Below the pieces are notes generated by a model. It was not told the DNA's origin and did no database searches. It saw nothing but the letters and a program-made list of their open reading frames with translations. The position numbers were made by a program, and so were the translations under genes. DNA of 64,000 bases from NCBI GenBank assembly GCA_963793305.1, contig CAWBZV010000003.1, positions 1,056,001 to 1,120,000 on the forward strand, read 5' to 3'. This stretch comes from an uncultured Gemmatimonadales bacterium. GTDB taxonomy: Bacteria; Gemmatimonadota; Gemmatimonadetes; Gemmatimonadales; Gemmatimonadaceae. Below, piece after piece: positions 1 through 11,061 of this stretch (its first letter is position 1; each line of letters starts with the position of its first letter).

Positions 1-459
1 GTCCTGGCGACGATCGGGACGCTCAACGCGTCGTTGCTGACGACCCCGCGCATCTTCTTCGCGATGGCGGACGACGGCCTCTTGTTCCGCGGGATCGCGG
101 CGGTTCACCCGAAATACAAAACGCCATATCGCGCGATCGGGCTGAGCGCTGCCTTGGGCGTCGCGTTCGTTCTGCTCCGCACGTTCGACCAGCTCGCCGA
201 CACGTTCATCACGGCCATCGTGCCGTTCTATGCGCTCGCCGTGGCGGCGATCTTTCCGCTCCGCCGCCGCGCGACATACCAGCCGCCTTATCGCGTGCCG
301 GGGTATCCGATCGTTCCGGCGCTCTTCGTTTTGGCGACGCTGTATATACTGGCGAGTGCGATCGCTGACCCGCGGACTCGATGGGGAACGCTCGCCGTGC
401 TCGGCGGCGCGCTGGCCGGCATCCCCGTGTACTACATCGCGCGTCGCTATCGTCGATGA
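1..459 (+). CDS. APC-family amino acid permease, C-terminal part (5' truncated by window edge)
   Basis: Frame open from base 1: LNASLLTTPRIFFAMADDGLLF..VHPKYKTP and PYRVPGYPIVP motifs typical of APC/LAT permeases; hydrophobic helices. Confidence 0.9.
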   Translation, partial: VLATIGTLNASLLTTPRIFFAMADDGLLFRGIAAVHPKYKTPYRAIGLSAALGVAFVLLRTFDQLADTFITAIVPFYALAVAAIFPLRRRATYQPPYRVPGYPIVPALFVLATLYILASAIADPRTRWGTLAVLGGALAGIPVYYIARRYRR

Positions 460-2274
460 TCGGCATTCTGGCGCTCGCTCTCTGCGCCGACTCGGCGATC
501 AACTATTGCGCCTCGCTGGTGGCGACGCCTGACTTGGACAGCGTGACCGCGACCTTGGAGCTCGTCGCGCCGTCCGGGCCGTTCAATGTGCCGATGACGA
601 AGGACGGCGTGTTCGATTACCGGCTCGTCATCAACGCCGAAGGCTTGCCGCCGGCTTCGTCGCTCGGGCCTTATACCGTGTACGTCGCCTGGGCTACGTC
701 GCTCACTATGGACAGCGTCGTCAAGCTCGGCGTCATCACGAACGGGCGCACCTCGCTGGGCGCGCTCGCGCGGAATCAGTTTCGGGTGCTGGTGAGCGCC
801 GAACGGTCTCCCACCGTCGCGACGCGACACGGGCGACTGGTCCTCCGAGGCGCTTCGCCGAGCGTGCGGCTCTTGGCGCATCGGGATCTGTTTACCGCGA
901 TGCCAGGCACGATGGATATGACCATGCCGTCTCACGACCCGGCGTTGCCGGAACCCCAGCCGTCGTCGATCCTGTCCTTGCACGATGGGGATACGCTTTC
1001 ACTGGTCGCCGGTCTCGTGCGTGGCGGTTACGGTTACAACGGCCAATATCCCGGTCCGCGCCTGCTCGTCCCGCGAGGTGCGTCTCTCATCGTGCGCTTC
1101 GAGAATCGCATCGACCAACCGACGACGATCCACTGGCACGGGGTGCGCGTCGACAATGCGTACGACGGCACGCAAGACCCGGTGCCCGTCGGTGGCACGT
1201 TCACGTATCGCGTGCATTTTCCCGACGCCGGGGTCTTCTGGTATCACTCGCACGTGAACGAGAGCGAACAAGTCGGCCTGGGTCTGTTTGGCAACATCAT
1301 TGTCACCGACTCGGCGCCACGAGTGAACCAACAAGTCGCGCTCGCGATCCAAGATATCTCGAGAGACCCCTTCGGGGGACATGCCCTCATGGGTCGCTTT
1401 GGCGACTCATTCCCGCATTACTCGCTGTCAGTCCATCGCGGCGCCGTCGTACGGTTTCTCGTCACCAACGCCTCGAACGCGCGGACGTACAATCTGAGTT
1501 TCGGCGAAGCCCCGATAAAGATCGTCGCCTCTGATCTCGGGGCGTTCGAGCACGAGACAATGGTCCCGAGTGTCCTGATTGCGCCTGCCGAGCGCTATAC
1601 AGTAGATGTGCGTTTTACGAAATCCGTTGTGCTGACCAATCGCGTGCAGGCGTTGAATCACTGGCTCGGTGTGTTTGCGCCGGAAGTCGATACGCTTGGC
1701 GCGATTCGCGTCGATTCCGCGCCAGCCGTTCCTGATTACGCGAGCAATTTTGGGCGATTGGCGCATCGGGCCGAGTTGGCCGCCTATCGTCAGTATCTCG
1801 ACCGCCCGGTCGACCACCGGCTGAACCTGGAGATGCGCCTGGCGACTATCTCGAATATGCTCACCGGCGCGTCAGTACCGGTCGAGGTCAACGATGGCAT
1901 GCCGGCGATGAACCGGAATGTTAACGCCACGCAATGTGGCGTGGATCCTCCGCGACCCGGACACGGGCGCCGAGAACATGGATATTCAGTGGCGGTTCAA
2001 GGCCGGCACCGTCGCGAAGGTTCGCATATACAACGACGCGATCGGCCCGCATCCGATGGCGCACCCGATCCACGTGCACGGCCAGCGTATGCTTCTCCTC
2101 AGCCGCAACGGCGTGCTGAATGAGAACCTGGTCTGGAAGGACACGATACTGATCCCGGCGGGCGAGGCGGACAATGTGTTGATCGAATTGTCGAACCCGG
2201 GTCGTTGGATGCTGCACTGTCACATCGCCGAGCATCGCGCGGCGGGAATGATGATGATGTTCACGGTCGACTAA
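456..2274 (+). CDS. Multicopper oxidase with N-terminal extension (apparent +1 frameshift at about 1933)
   Basis: ATG overlaps the upstream TGA; copper motifs HWHG and WYHSH lie in ORF 381..2123, HPIHVHG and HCHIAEHRAAGMM in ORF 1918..2274; removing one A at 1933-1934 joins them. Confidence 0.9.
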
Positions 2275-2285
2275 AGGAGTCGCTC

Positions 2286-3638
2286 ATGCTGCCAGTTCTC
2301 GTCGCGTTACTCCAATTCGTCAGCATCGACACGGCAACCGTCGCGCTGACCCACGCACGGGTCATCGACGGCACCGGCGCGTCGCCCCGGTCGGACGTCA
2401 CCATTGTGTTCGATCACGGCAAGATCAAAACGGTGGACCACGCCGCCGCCATCCCCGCCGGCGCGCTCGTGATCGATCTCACGGGCAAGACAGTGATCCC
2501 GGGTATCGTGGGCCTGCACGATCATATGTACTACGGCTCGTCGGTCACCGGCTCGCGGAGCATGTTGTCGAGCTACCCGAAGCTGTTCCTGGCGAGCGGC
2601 GTGACGACGATCCGCACCACCGGGAGCATCGATCCGTACCAAGAGCTCAACCTGAGGCACGCGATCGAGACCGGAAAGACCGTGGGCCCTCTGATCTTCC
2701 CAACCGGCCCCTATCTCCAGGGTCCCGGGGTCGGGCCGACCTGGATGCATCAACTCGGCACGCCCGAGGATGCACGCCGGCTCGTGCGCTACTGGTCAGA
2801 GGAAGGCGTCCCGTGGTTCAAGGCCTACACGCAGATCTCGCGCGATGAGCTCGGCGCGGCGATCGACGAGGCGCACAAGCACGGAATGAAGGTGACCGCG
2901 CACCTCTGCTCGGTCGGCTTTCGCGAGGCGGTCGACCTCGGCATCGATAACCTCGAACACGGTCTCCTCACCGACACCGAGTTCTGGCCAGGCAAGCAAC
3001 CCAACGTCTGCCCAATGCCGGGCGACTCCGCGCAATACGACAATCTCGACATCGACGGCGCCGACGTACAGCGGACGATCCACGCGATGGTCCAACATCA
3101 CGTCGCCATGACCTCGACGCTCGCCGTCTTCGAGCTCTCCTCGCCCAGCCGGATCCCACTAGACCCGCGAGTCTACGACGCCCTCGCGCCCCAAATCGGC
3201 GCCGCCGTTCGCACATGGTACGACAGCAGTCAGAAGAAGTCCGACACCGCCGAGCGGGTCGCCCTCAAGAAAGCGATGGCCTTCGAGCGCTCCTTCGTCC
3301 GTGCCGGCGGCCTCCTCGGCGCCGGCTCCGACCCCTGCTGCCTCACCGAGATCGCGGGCTACGGCGATCAGCGTAACTTCGAGCTTCTATCCGAGGCCGG
3401 CTTCTCACCCGAGCAAGCCGTCCAGATCATGACGCTGAACGGCGCCCGCATTCTCGGCATCTCCGATCGCGTTGGCTCAATCGTTCCGGGAAAGCAAGCC
3501 GACCTCGTCGTGCTCGACGGTGACCCCTCGGCTCGCCCATCTGATATTCGTAATGTCACGATGGTCTTCCGGAACGGCGTCGGGTACAACGTTCCAGCCC
3601 TCACCGCCGCCGTGCACGGAATGGTCGGGCTGCGCTGA
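2286..3638 (+). CDS. Secreted metal-dependent amidohydrolase
   Basis: AAGGAG RBS; signal peptide; PGIVGLHDH, GVTTIR, LEHG, GSD and GKQADLVVLDGDP motifs of the amidohydrolase superfamily. Confidence 0.9.
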   Translation: MLPVLVALLQFVSIDTATVALTHARVIDGTGASPRSDVTIVFDHGKIKTVDHAAAIPAGALVIDLTGKTVIPGIVGLHDHMYYGSSVTGSRSMLSSYPKLFLASGVTTIRTTGSIDPYQELNLRHAIETGKTVGPLIFPTGPYLQGPGVGPTWMHQLGTPEDARRLVRYWSEEGVPWFKAYTQISRDELGAAIDEAHKHGMKVTAHLCSVGFREAVDLGIDNLEHGLLTDTEFWPGKQPNVCPMPGDSAQYDNLDIDGADVQRTIHAMVQHHVAMTSTLAVFELSSPSRIPLDPRVYDALAPQIGAAVRTWYDSSQKKSDTAERVALKKAMAFERSFVRAGGLLGAGSDPCCLTEIAGYGDQRNFELLSEAGFSPEQAVQIMTLNGARILGISDRVGSIVPGKQADLVVLDGDPSARPSDIRNVTMVFRNGVGYNVPALTAAVHGMVGLR

Positions 3639-3640
3639 GA

Positions 3641-5882
3641 CTACTGCGTTCCCCAGAGCACAACGCCGACGTCGCCGCCGGCGTAGACGTTCGTGCTCGA
3701 CGTGCCGAACACGGTGCGAAGTGGCGTCGTGACCGTCGTCGGCATCGCGAGGATGACCGAGCCGTTTCCGTGTTGCACCGTGCCATTGTCGCCCACGGCA
3801 TAGACGTCGGCCGTGTACGAACCCGGCGGCGTATCGGCCCACACGCCGTGCAGCGCGACGCTGGTGCCGCTTGTGGCCGCGGACCACGACGAGCCGTTGT
3901 AGTGCAGCATCGTGCCCGAGGCGCCGGCGACCCAGACATCGGTGGCCGAGCTGCCGCTGACCGCGTTCATCGTCTGCGTCGTGCCGGTAACAATTGGGCT
4001 CCACGACGTCCCGTTGTACTGAAACACCCGACCGCTGTCAGCCGCTGCATAGATGTTCGTGGCCGAAGTGCCCCAGAGGGCGAACACGCTGACCGTTGTC
4101 AGAGCAGACTGGTTGTTCCAACTCGAGCCATTGTATTGGGTGATGTCGCCCGACGTGCCGACCGCGTAAACGTTGCTGGGCGCCGAGCCCCAGGTGGCGT
4201 AGTAGCCCGGTTGCGCCGTGCTCGTCGCCGTCCACGAGCCGCCGCTGTAGATCGACATGGTCCCCGATCCGCCAGCGGCATAGAGCGTGGGCCCGCTCGC
4301 GAAACCCCACAGGCCATATGTCATCTCTTTGGCACCGACATAGGTGCTCGTCCAACTCGTGCCGTCGTAGTGCAGCACCGTCCCGTAGCTCGCGACCCAG
4401 ACGTTGGTCGGGCTGTCGGCCCAGATGGTGTTGACTGGGACGCCGCTCTGGCTTGATAGAGTCCAGCCGCTGGAATACGTCATCAACGCACCGTACGCGC
4501 CGACCGCGTAGCCGCTCACGACGCCCGACAGGGAAATGCCAGTCACACTCGCGGAAGAAGTCCACGAGGTCCCGTTGTAGTGCACGGTTGTGCCAGCATC
4601 GCCGACGGCCCAGATGTCGGTTGCGCCGCTCCCGCCGACTGCGTTCAGGTTATTTGTCGTGGAACTCGTCATCGTCGACCACGCCGTACCGTTGTAGTGG
4701 ATGATGACGCCATTCGCGCCGACGGCGTACACGTTGGTCGCCAATGTCCCCCACACGGCGAGCAAGTTTTGGGTCGTGTTGCTCGTCTGCGCGGCCCACA
4801 CGAGCCCATTGTAGAAGATGACCGTCCCATTGTCGCCGACGGCGAAGATGTGCGTCCCGTCGTTGCCCCAGATGCCGCGCAGGTCAGTCGCCGTTGCGAC
4901 GCCCAGGGGCGGGACCATCGGCGTCCACAGGAGGCCATTGTATTGGTCGATGGTGAGGCTATCGCCGACGGTGATGTAGTTCGTCGTGCTGGCGCCCCAG
5001 ACGCCATGGAGGTTGCGCGTCGTGAGGAGCGAAGTGGATGACGTCCACGTCGTGCCGTTGTAGTGAACCATGTGGCCGCCGTTCGCGACCGCCCAATAGT
5101 CGGTTGACGACGCGCCGAAGATCGCTTGAAAATCGAACGAGCCGGTGTAGCCGGTCGGCGTCACGATCGCCCAACCCGAGCCGGTGTTGCGCAAGAACGT
5201 GTTGCCGACGCCAACGGCCCAGATGTCGCTTGGCGTGTCCTGCCACATGCCGGTCAGCGCATTGCTCTGCAATCCCTGTCGAATCGTCGTCCAATGCCGA
5301 ATACTCCCCTCGGCCGGCATCGGCGCATCGACTTCGACGACAAACGCGAACGCCGTAACCGAATCCCCGAGCTGGAAATTCCACGTCCTCGCACTACTCG
5401 TCGCACTCGGCTGAATCAGCGTCGCGTACTGGAAGTACGGCTGGCTGGACGCCGTGAACGTGCCGACGCCGTCGGCGTTGGTCAGCGCAATCGTGCCTTG
5501 GCCAGCGGCGAGCGACGGCCCCGAGGTGAAGAACACCCGCGTGCCGTTCGCGCTCGAACGTTGTCCCGTCGGTGGTGCCGAGCGCCTGGTTCATCAAGTT
5601 GGTCACGCTGACGCCGGCGGAGAACACACCAGTGCCGCTGGTAAACGTGACCCCGGAGAAGTTGAGCGTCACGTCGTAGTTCTTGCGGCCCACGATCACG
5701 TCGGCGCGCAGGTTCCGTCGCGTGATGGAGGCGCGTGAGCACGTCACGCTGGGGCGATTTCGCACCATCGCGACGCAACGCAGAACCGCCGTGGGAGCGC
5801 GCTCAGGTGAACGAGGGATTGGCGCGCTGGGGCCGGTTGCGCTACACGCGACGAGGAACGGCACCGCAACTGCAATTCTCAT
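3641..5882 (-). CDS. Lipoprotein with about 14 beta-propeller repeats (apparent frameshift at about 5557)
   Basis: LVAC lipobox in ORF 5394..5882; ORF 3641..5536 has about 14 copies of L..VWGS.ATDVWAVG..G.ILHYNGTSW; removing one base at 5557-5558 fuses the two. Confidence 0.85.
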
Positions 5883-5995
5883 GTTTACCGCGTGACGACC
5901 CAGCCGTTTCCGATGTCACTGGCGTGTCGAATTAGCCGCGTCCCATTCGACGTATAAGCATGAGAGAGATGATTCTAGTACCCGCCGATACGACG

Positions 5996-6727
5996 CTAAT
6001 CACCCTGGGCAGGCTGCTCGATGGGATGACGCGGCGCTATCAGACCGTCGAGGCCGAGGACGCGCCCGGCGCCCGTGATCGTGAGGATCGTCAGACCGAA
6101 GGCGAACGCCAAGTCGTTGCTGACTGACCAGGGAGCGTCACCCTTGAGCAGGAAATAGTTCAGCGTGAGGAGCACGCCGACCGGTGCGGCATACCTCACA
6201 CCGAGCCCGAGAAGAAGGCACGTTCCCACGGCCACTTCGGCGACCGCGACAAGTCCCGCGAACAGTTGCGCGTGCGGGAAGACAACCGAGGTCATGAAGG
6301 CCCGATACCACGCCGACTCATGCGGCAGTTGCATCGTGCCGAACGATTGCAGGGCGTCGGGCCACGCCGCCCACCGCGCGCCGATCTTGTTCCACGCGGC
6401 GCGCCAGAAAGCGAAGCCGTAGTAGAGGCGAAGCGGCACCACCGTCCACAGCGGCGTCGTCCCTTTGAAGTCCCAGTCCCAGACGCGGTTGGTCGACGTC
6501 AGCGCGACGGTGAGCGCCAGGAATCCGTACGCCGCGGGCGGACTCGGCGCCAGCACCCACAGGTGCAGCGACACGGTGTCCGCGATGAGCAACGCGAACG
6601 CGAGCGCGGCGACCACGCGCGGGATAAGGCCGGCGACCAAGGCGCAGCCAAGGACGATCGCAGGGATCGGAGGCCATGCGTGAGTGATGCCGGCGATGAT
6701 GCCAATGACGCCGACATATTCTCGCAT
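5996..6727 (-). CDS. DoxX-family membrane protein
   Basis: PLRLYYGFAF..AAWNK, AEVAVGTCLLLGL and GAGRVLGLDG are DoxX/TQO-like motifs; multiple TM helices. Confidence 0.8.
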   Translation of the reverse strand: MREYVGVIGIIAGITHAWPPIPAIVLGCALVAGLIPRVVAALAFALLIADTVSLHLWVLAPSPPAAYGFLALTVALTSTNRVWDWDFKGTTPLWTVVPLRLYYGFAFWRAAWNKIGARWAAWPDALQSFGTMQLPHESAWYRAFMTSVVFPHAQLFAGLVAVAEVAVGTCLLLGLGVRYAAPVGVLLTLNYFLLKGDAPWSVSNDLAFAFGLTILTITGAGRVLGLDGLIAPRHPIEQPAQGD

Positions 6728-6818
6728 GACAACGAACGGTCGGCGCCCGGTAGTGATCACGGGCGACTAGTCTAGCCAGGCGCGTTGACGACCTCAACGC
6801 GCCTGGGACCGTCCGGCT

Positions 6819-7667
6819 CTACCGTGCGCCAACCCGGATTTCGAGCGAGTCCATAGTTGCCGCGTCGAGCTCGAGCCGCTCGCCGGCAACGTTCTCCTCC
6901 AGATGCTTGACCGTCGACGTGCCCGGAATCGGCAGCATGACAGGCGACTTCTGGAGCAGCCACGCGATCGCGACTTGCGCCGGCGTTGCTTTCAACCGCT
7001 CAGCCGCCTTCGCGAGCGGACCACCGGGCTTAGCCAGGCTGCCAGTCGCGAGCGGGAACCACGGGATAAATGCCAGGTTCTCGTCCGTGCAGTACTCGAG
7101 CACGGACTCGGAACTGCGGTCGATGAGGTTGTAGCGATTCTGCACCGAGACGATCGTCGTGATCTTCCGAACCGCTTCAATCTGCTCGACGCTTACTTCA
7201 GAGAGTCCGATATGCTTGATCTTCCCTTCGTGCTGCAGATCGACCAGTGTCTCGATCTGATCCTCCAGCGGGACCTTCGGATCGATACGGTGCAACTGCA
7301 AGAGATCGATCCGCTCGAGTCGCAACCGTGTGAGACTGCCCGCGACGGCTTCGCGCAGGTGCTGTGGCCGGCCGTCCTCGACCCACCGGTCCGGACCAGG
7401 CCGCTGGAACCCGGCCTTGGTCGCGATCACCAGGCCCTTCGGATAGGGATACAACGCCTCCGCGATGAGCCGCTCGGCCACCTCGGGGCCGTAGGAGTCC
7501 GCGGTGTCGAGCAAGTTGATGCCGAGCTCGAGGGCGCGATGCAGGACCGCAAGCGCCTCCGCACGGTTGGCCGGCTCGCCCCAGATGCCCGCACCGGTGA
7601 GACGCATTGTCCCAAAGCCCAGGCGGTTTACCGTGAGATCGCCGCCGATAACGAACGTGGATGACAT
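6819..7667 (-). CDS. Aldo/keto reductase
   Basis: RLGFGTM, DTADSYG, IATK, IDLLQLH, IGLSE and PIPGT motifs. Confidence 0.95.
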   Translation of the reverse strand: MSSTFVIGGDLTVNRLGFGTMRLTGAGIWGEPANRAEALAVLHRALELGINLLDTADSYGPEVAERLIAEALYPYPKGLVIATKAGFQRPGPDRWVEDGRPQHLREAVAGSLTRLRLERIDLLQLHRIDPKVPLEDQIETLVDLQHEGKIKHIGLSEVSVEQIEAVRKITTIVSVQNRYNLIDRSSESVLEYCTDENLAFIPWFPLATGSLAKPGGPLAKAAERLKATPAQVAIAWLLQKSPVMLPIPGTSTVKHLEENVAGERLELDAATMDSLEIRVGAR

Positions 7668-7760
7668 GATCGATTCCCGCCTATGATTTCACGCTTGAGA
7701 TGTGTGGAATTCGAGCTTGCGAGTCCGGTGAGCGGTAGCCAAGTTCCCGATGTGATGATT

Positions 7761-9034
7761 ATGCAAACGTCTGATGTCGGATCTACGGCTCAGCCGCCCT
7801 TGGCTCATCTGGCATTCTTTGAAGCAGCTGGCGAGCAGACAGACGGTCAGCCCGAGTATCGAGCCGCGGTTGCTGGTCTTCTCGCAATGCGGCTCGTCGA
7901 TCGATGGGTCCTCGCGGGGGCGGGCGACAGGCCGCCGACGTTGCGCGAGCTCGAGGCCGTGCGCCGCGCCATCGAGCACGTCGACGATGGTCCAGTTCGC
8001 GAGATCCTGAGAAACCTGGACGCCGCGCTGACGACATCGTGGGGAAAGCTCGCACGTCACGTGCCAGTTGTGCTGGCCGCGTACGGCGGCATTCTCAAGA
8101 AAGAAGGAATGTTCGCGTGCGCGGCCGACGTTTATAGCGCGGTCGCGGCCGTCGCGCCGCTCTGCGATGGCAAGGAGCTGGTGCCGCCGGCGTATCTCGA
8201 AATGGGGTACTGCTTTCGAATGGTCGGCGGTCGATTGGCCGAGGCCGAGCGCGCGTATCGGCGAGCCGGCGCGATCGCGAATTTGCAAGGCGATGAGTAC
8301 AACGCGTTGCTCAGCCGCATCGGCACCGCGAACGTCCAGATCGACCGCGGCAATTTGCCGGCCGCGCAAGAGACGTACGAATGTCTTGATCAGTGAGCTG
8401 GCCACTCGCTCTCCGATCCAAGGATCATTGCGGGACGTTCTCGCGCGCGCTCGACACGGCCGAGGGGTCGTCGCCTATCAACGCAAAGATTACCAGACAG
8501 CCGCCGCGTACTTTCACGAGGCGGTCAAAGATTACAGCGATGATGCGCGTCGGAGCGCCGCCCTCCACGACCTCGGGATGGCCCTGGCCGACCTGGGCCT
8601 GCCGAACGCCGCGCGCGATGCGTATCTGGTCGTCTATCGCACCTCACCGGATGCGTATTGGAAAGCGGCCGCCGGGCTCAATCTCATGCAGCTGGCGTTC
8701 ATGTGCGACCAAGAAACCGTTTTCGAACGGTATCGTCAGGAACTGGCGACCGGGCTTCCGGCGCCGAAGAGAAGCCGTGTATCACCAGTTCGTCGGCGAA
8801 GGGTTGTACCGATTTGGACGTGATGACGCGGCCCGCGAGGCACTCACGCGGGCCGTCGACATTGCCACTCGCTACCAGTTGAATCAGGTCCGACTGGAGT
8901 CCGAGGCACTCCTCACCGAGATCGTTCTTGGAAAACGGCCCAAGGCGACACTCGTCGAGGTGCAGCCACCGCCGCTCGTACGGCCTGTGGTCCGAGCACT
9001 CCATGACATGCGAGAGCGCGTCGGTGTGCTGTAG
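7761..9034 (+). CDS. Tetratricopeptide-repeat protein (two apparent frameshifts at about 8380 and 8767)
   Basis: Helical TPR-like segments continue across ORFs 7683..8396, 8068..8823 and 8393..9034; removing one A at each junction gives one frame; start could also be 7755. Confidence 0.8.
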
Positions 9035-9040
9035 GTCCGA

Positions 9041-9175
9041 GCAGGTCCCGTTACCGGCCGTCGTGCCGCTGCAATCTGAACGCACCGTGCTTTGAGACGG
9101 AGAGGTCGGCGAAGTGCATGCGGCCGCGATCGCCGCGGCGGTCACGAGAGCGATGAGGGAGCGAAGACGGGGCAT
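9041..9175 (-). CDS. Short secreted/lipoprotein peptide precursor (first 45 codons shown; frame stays open to 8699 antisense to the TPR gene)
   Basis: GGAGG RBS 6 nt before ATG 9175; MPRLRSLIALVTAAAIAAAC signal with Cys20, S/P/T linker, then CSGTTAGNGTC; true stop position uncertain. Confidence 0.6.
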
Positions 9176-9307
9176 TTTGAACCTCCGAGATAGGTCAACC
9201 AGGGTGTGGCGCACCAACGAGCGACGCCGTACCCTCGAAGCTCGGAGTTGAAGCCCCCGTCACGTACCGTGATTTTGTGCGGCGAACCCCCGCACGAGTG
9301 CAAGCCT

Positions 9308-10090
9308 GTGGACATCGTCGCGCTCTTGCCTGACCGCTTGATGCACCCGTTTCGCGCCGTGGTTCGCACGGCGCACACCGTTCGCGCCGTGCGCAACCTG
9401 CGCGAGCTCGAGACGGTGTTGTCCGAGCGCGCCCCCGATATCGTGGTCGTCGATCCACAACTCGCCGGCCCCGAGCTCGATCGCTTCCGCGCCACGACCC
9501 ACATCGTGCTCTACACGACCGTGTCCGCCGACGCGCTCAAGGCGTGTCACGCCATGGGCACACGCGGCTATCGCCACGTCGTGCTGTTCGGGGTCGACGA
9601 CGGACCCGTGGCCTTCCGCGCGCTCCTGGAAGCGTTACCAGCCGACGCGCTGGCCGACGCGCTGCTTGCCCTCTTGCGCGACCGCCTCCAACGCCTGCCG
9701 GAATCGCTGGCCGAAGCGCTGGAAGCGGTGTTCCGCACGCCGTCGGTGATCGACTGCGTGGAGCGACTGGCATCAAAGGCCTCGATGCCCCGACGAACGA
9801 TGTACGACGCCCTCGAACGCGCCGGGCTCGCGACACCCGCCCACCATCTCGGGGCCGCTCGCGTGCTGCGGGCATACCACTACTTGCGGGCCCCAGGCGC
9901 GCGCGTGCGCGATGTCGCCGTGAAGCTCCGCTATCCCTCGCCCGATGCGCTCGCGTCGAGCATCCGGTCCGTCACGGGGTTCCTGCCGTCATCGCTCGCC
10001 GACAAGCTCGAATGCGACGACTTCGTCGGACGGATCGCGACCTATCTCCAACCGTCCGCGGCCAACGTCGTCATGACGCCCGCTGACTGA
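9308..10090 (+). CDS. AraC-family HTH regulator with degenerate receiver-like N-terminal domain
   Basis: PDIVVVDP and IVLYT receiver-like strands; C-terminal VERLASKASMPRRTM...VRDVAVKLRYPSPDAL...VTGFLPS fits the AraC double HTH; start GTG 9308 or upstream. Confidence 0.8.
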   Translation: MDIVALLPDRLMHPFRAVVRTAHTVRAVRNLRELETVLSERAPDIVVVDPQLAGPELDRFRATTHIVLYTTVSADALKACHAMGTRGYRHVVLFGVDDGPVAFRALLEALPADALADALLALLRDRLQRLPESLAEALEAVFRTPSVIDCVERLASKASMPRRTMYDALERAGLATPAHHLGAARVLRAYHYLRAPGARVRDVAVKLRYPSPDALASSIRSVTGFLPSSLADKLECDDFVGRIATYLQPSAANVVMTPAD

Positions 10091-11057
10091 GCGCGGCGCG
10101 CCACTCGCTCAACGCCTGGTAGTCCGCGATCGCGCCCGCGCGCTTGTACAGGTCGAGCGCCGTGTTGGCATGACGGCGGGCGCCGCCGATCGAGCCGCGC
10201 GCGACCGCGAGTTGGGCATACGCGCGCAACGCATCCGCCGACAACCTCGGGCTCGCGCATCGCTCGGCCAGCTGCCACGCGTGCGTCAGCGACACCGCCG
10301 CGTCATCCAACTCGCCTCGCGCGATGCACGCCAGGCCGACGACCCGGAGACCGTCCGCGGCGCCCGCGGGGTCGGCGAGCGCATGGCACTCGATCGCCAC
10401 GCGCAGCGCCGTCACGTAGGCGATCTCGGCGTCGCCCCGTCTCAGCGCGACATCGGCGCGACCGATCCGGGCGAGCGCCGCGAGGCGAACGGCGGAGACC
10501 TCGCGCGCGAACTGGATCGCCTGCAGCTCGCATTCGTCCGCCTGCGTCAGCCGGTCGAGATACAGATAGCTGATCGCCATGTTGTGGTGCGCTTCACCTA
10601 GCCCGAGCACGTGGCCCACCTGCTGATATGCGGGCACGGCGAGCTGGTAGAGCGCGAGCGCCTCCTCGCGTTGACCACGCACGTTCTTGATCTGTCCGAG
10701 GTTGTTCGTCGCGCGCCCCACGAGCAGCAGATCGTTGACCGCATGTCCCACCTGGAGCACCTGCTGAAACACCGTCTCCGCTTGGTCGAGCTCCCCCATT
10801 TCGAAGAGCGCGACGCCGCGCATGTTGATGCCGCGCCGCCACTCATAGGGATCATCGTGCTCTATCTGCGGTAGCAACCGTCGGAGCCACTCGTCGGCAT
10901 CGCGCGGCTGCGCCGTGCGGAGCAGCGCCTCCGCGACGAGCGTGGCCCGATCCGGATCAGGTCGCGGCTCGGTGGCGGTCCCGAGCATGTTCAAGACCTC
11001 GGGCCACTTGCCAGCCAGGGCCGCCACGCGCGCCTGAAGCAACAGAGATTGTGCCAC
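10071..11057 (-). CDS. Tetratricopeptide-repeat protein (MalT/RRNPP-like long TPRs)
   Basis: Repeats such as GRATNNLGQIKNVRGQREEALALYQ and GEAHHNMAISYL; no signal peptide. Confidence 0.85.
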   Translation of the reverse strand: MAQSLLLQARVAALAGKWPEVLNMLGTATEPRPDPDRATLVAEALLRTAQPRDADEWLRRLLPQIEHDDPYEWRRGINMRGVALFEMGELDQAETVFQQVLQVGHAVNDLLLVGRATNNLGQIKNVRGQREEALALYQLAVPAYQQVGHVLGLGEAHHNMAISYLYLDRLTQADECELQAIQFAREVSAVRLAALARIGRADVALRRGDAEIAYVTALRVAIECHALADPAGAADGLRVVGLACIARGELDDAAVSLTHAWQLAERCASPRLSADALRAYAQLAVARGSIGGARRHANTALDLYKRAGAIADYQALSEWRAALSQRAS

Positions 11058-11061
11058 GCGG

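Noticed and set aside
3641..5300. Periodic DNA repeats as a CRISPR or tandem array
   Set aside because: Repeats are degenerate and explained by protein propeller blades; no identical repeats with spacers and no cas genes
8699..9040. Full 172-aa ORF 8699..9217 as a real protein
   Set aside because: Beyond codon 45 of the peptide it is antisense to the TPR gene and has no recognisable features; only the N-terminal part is supported
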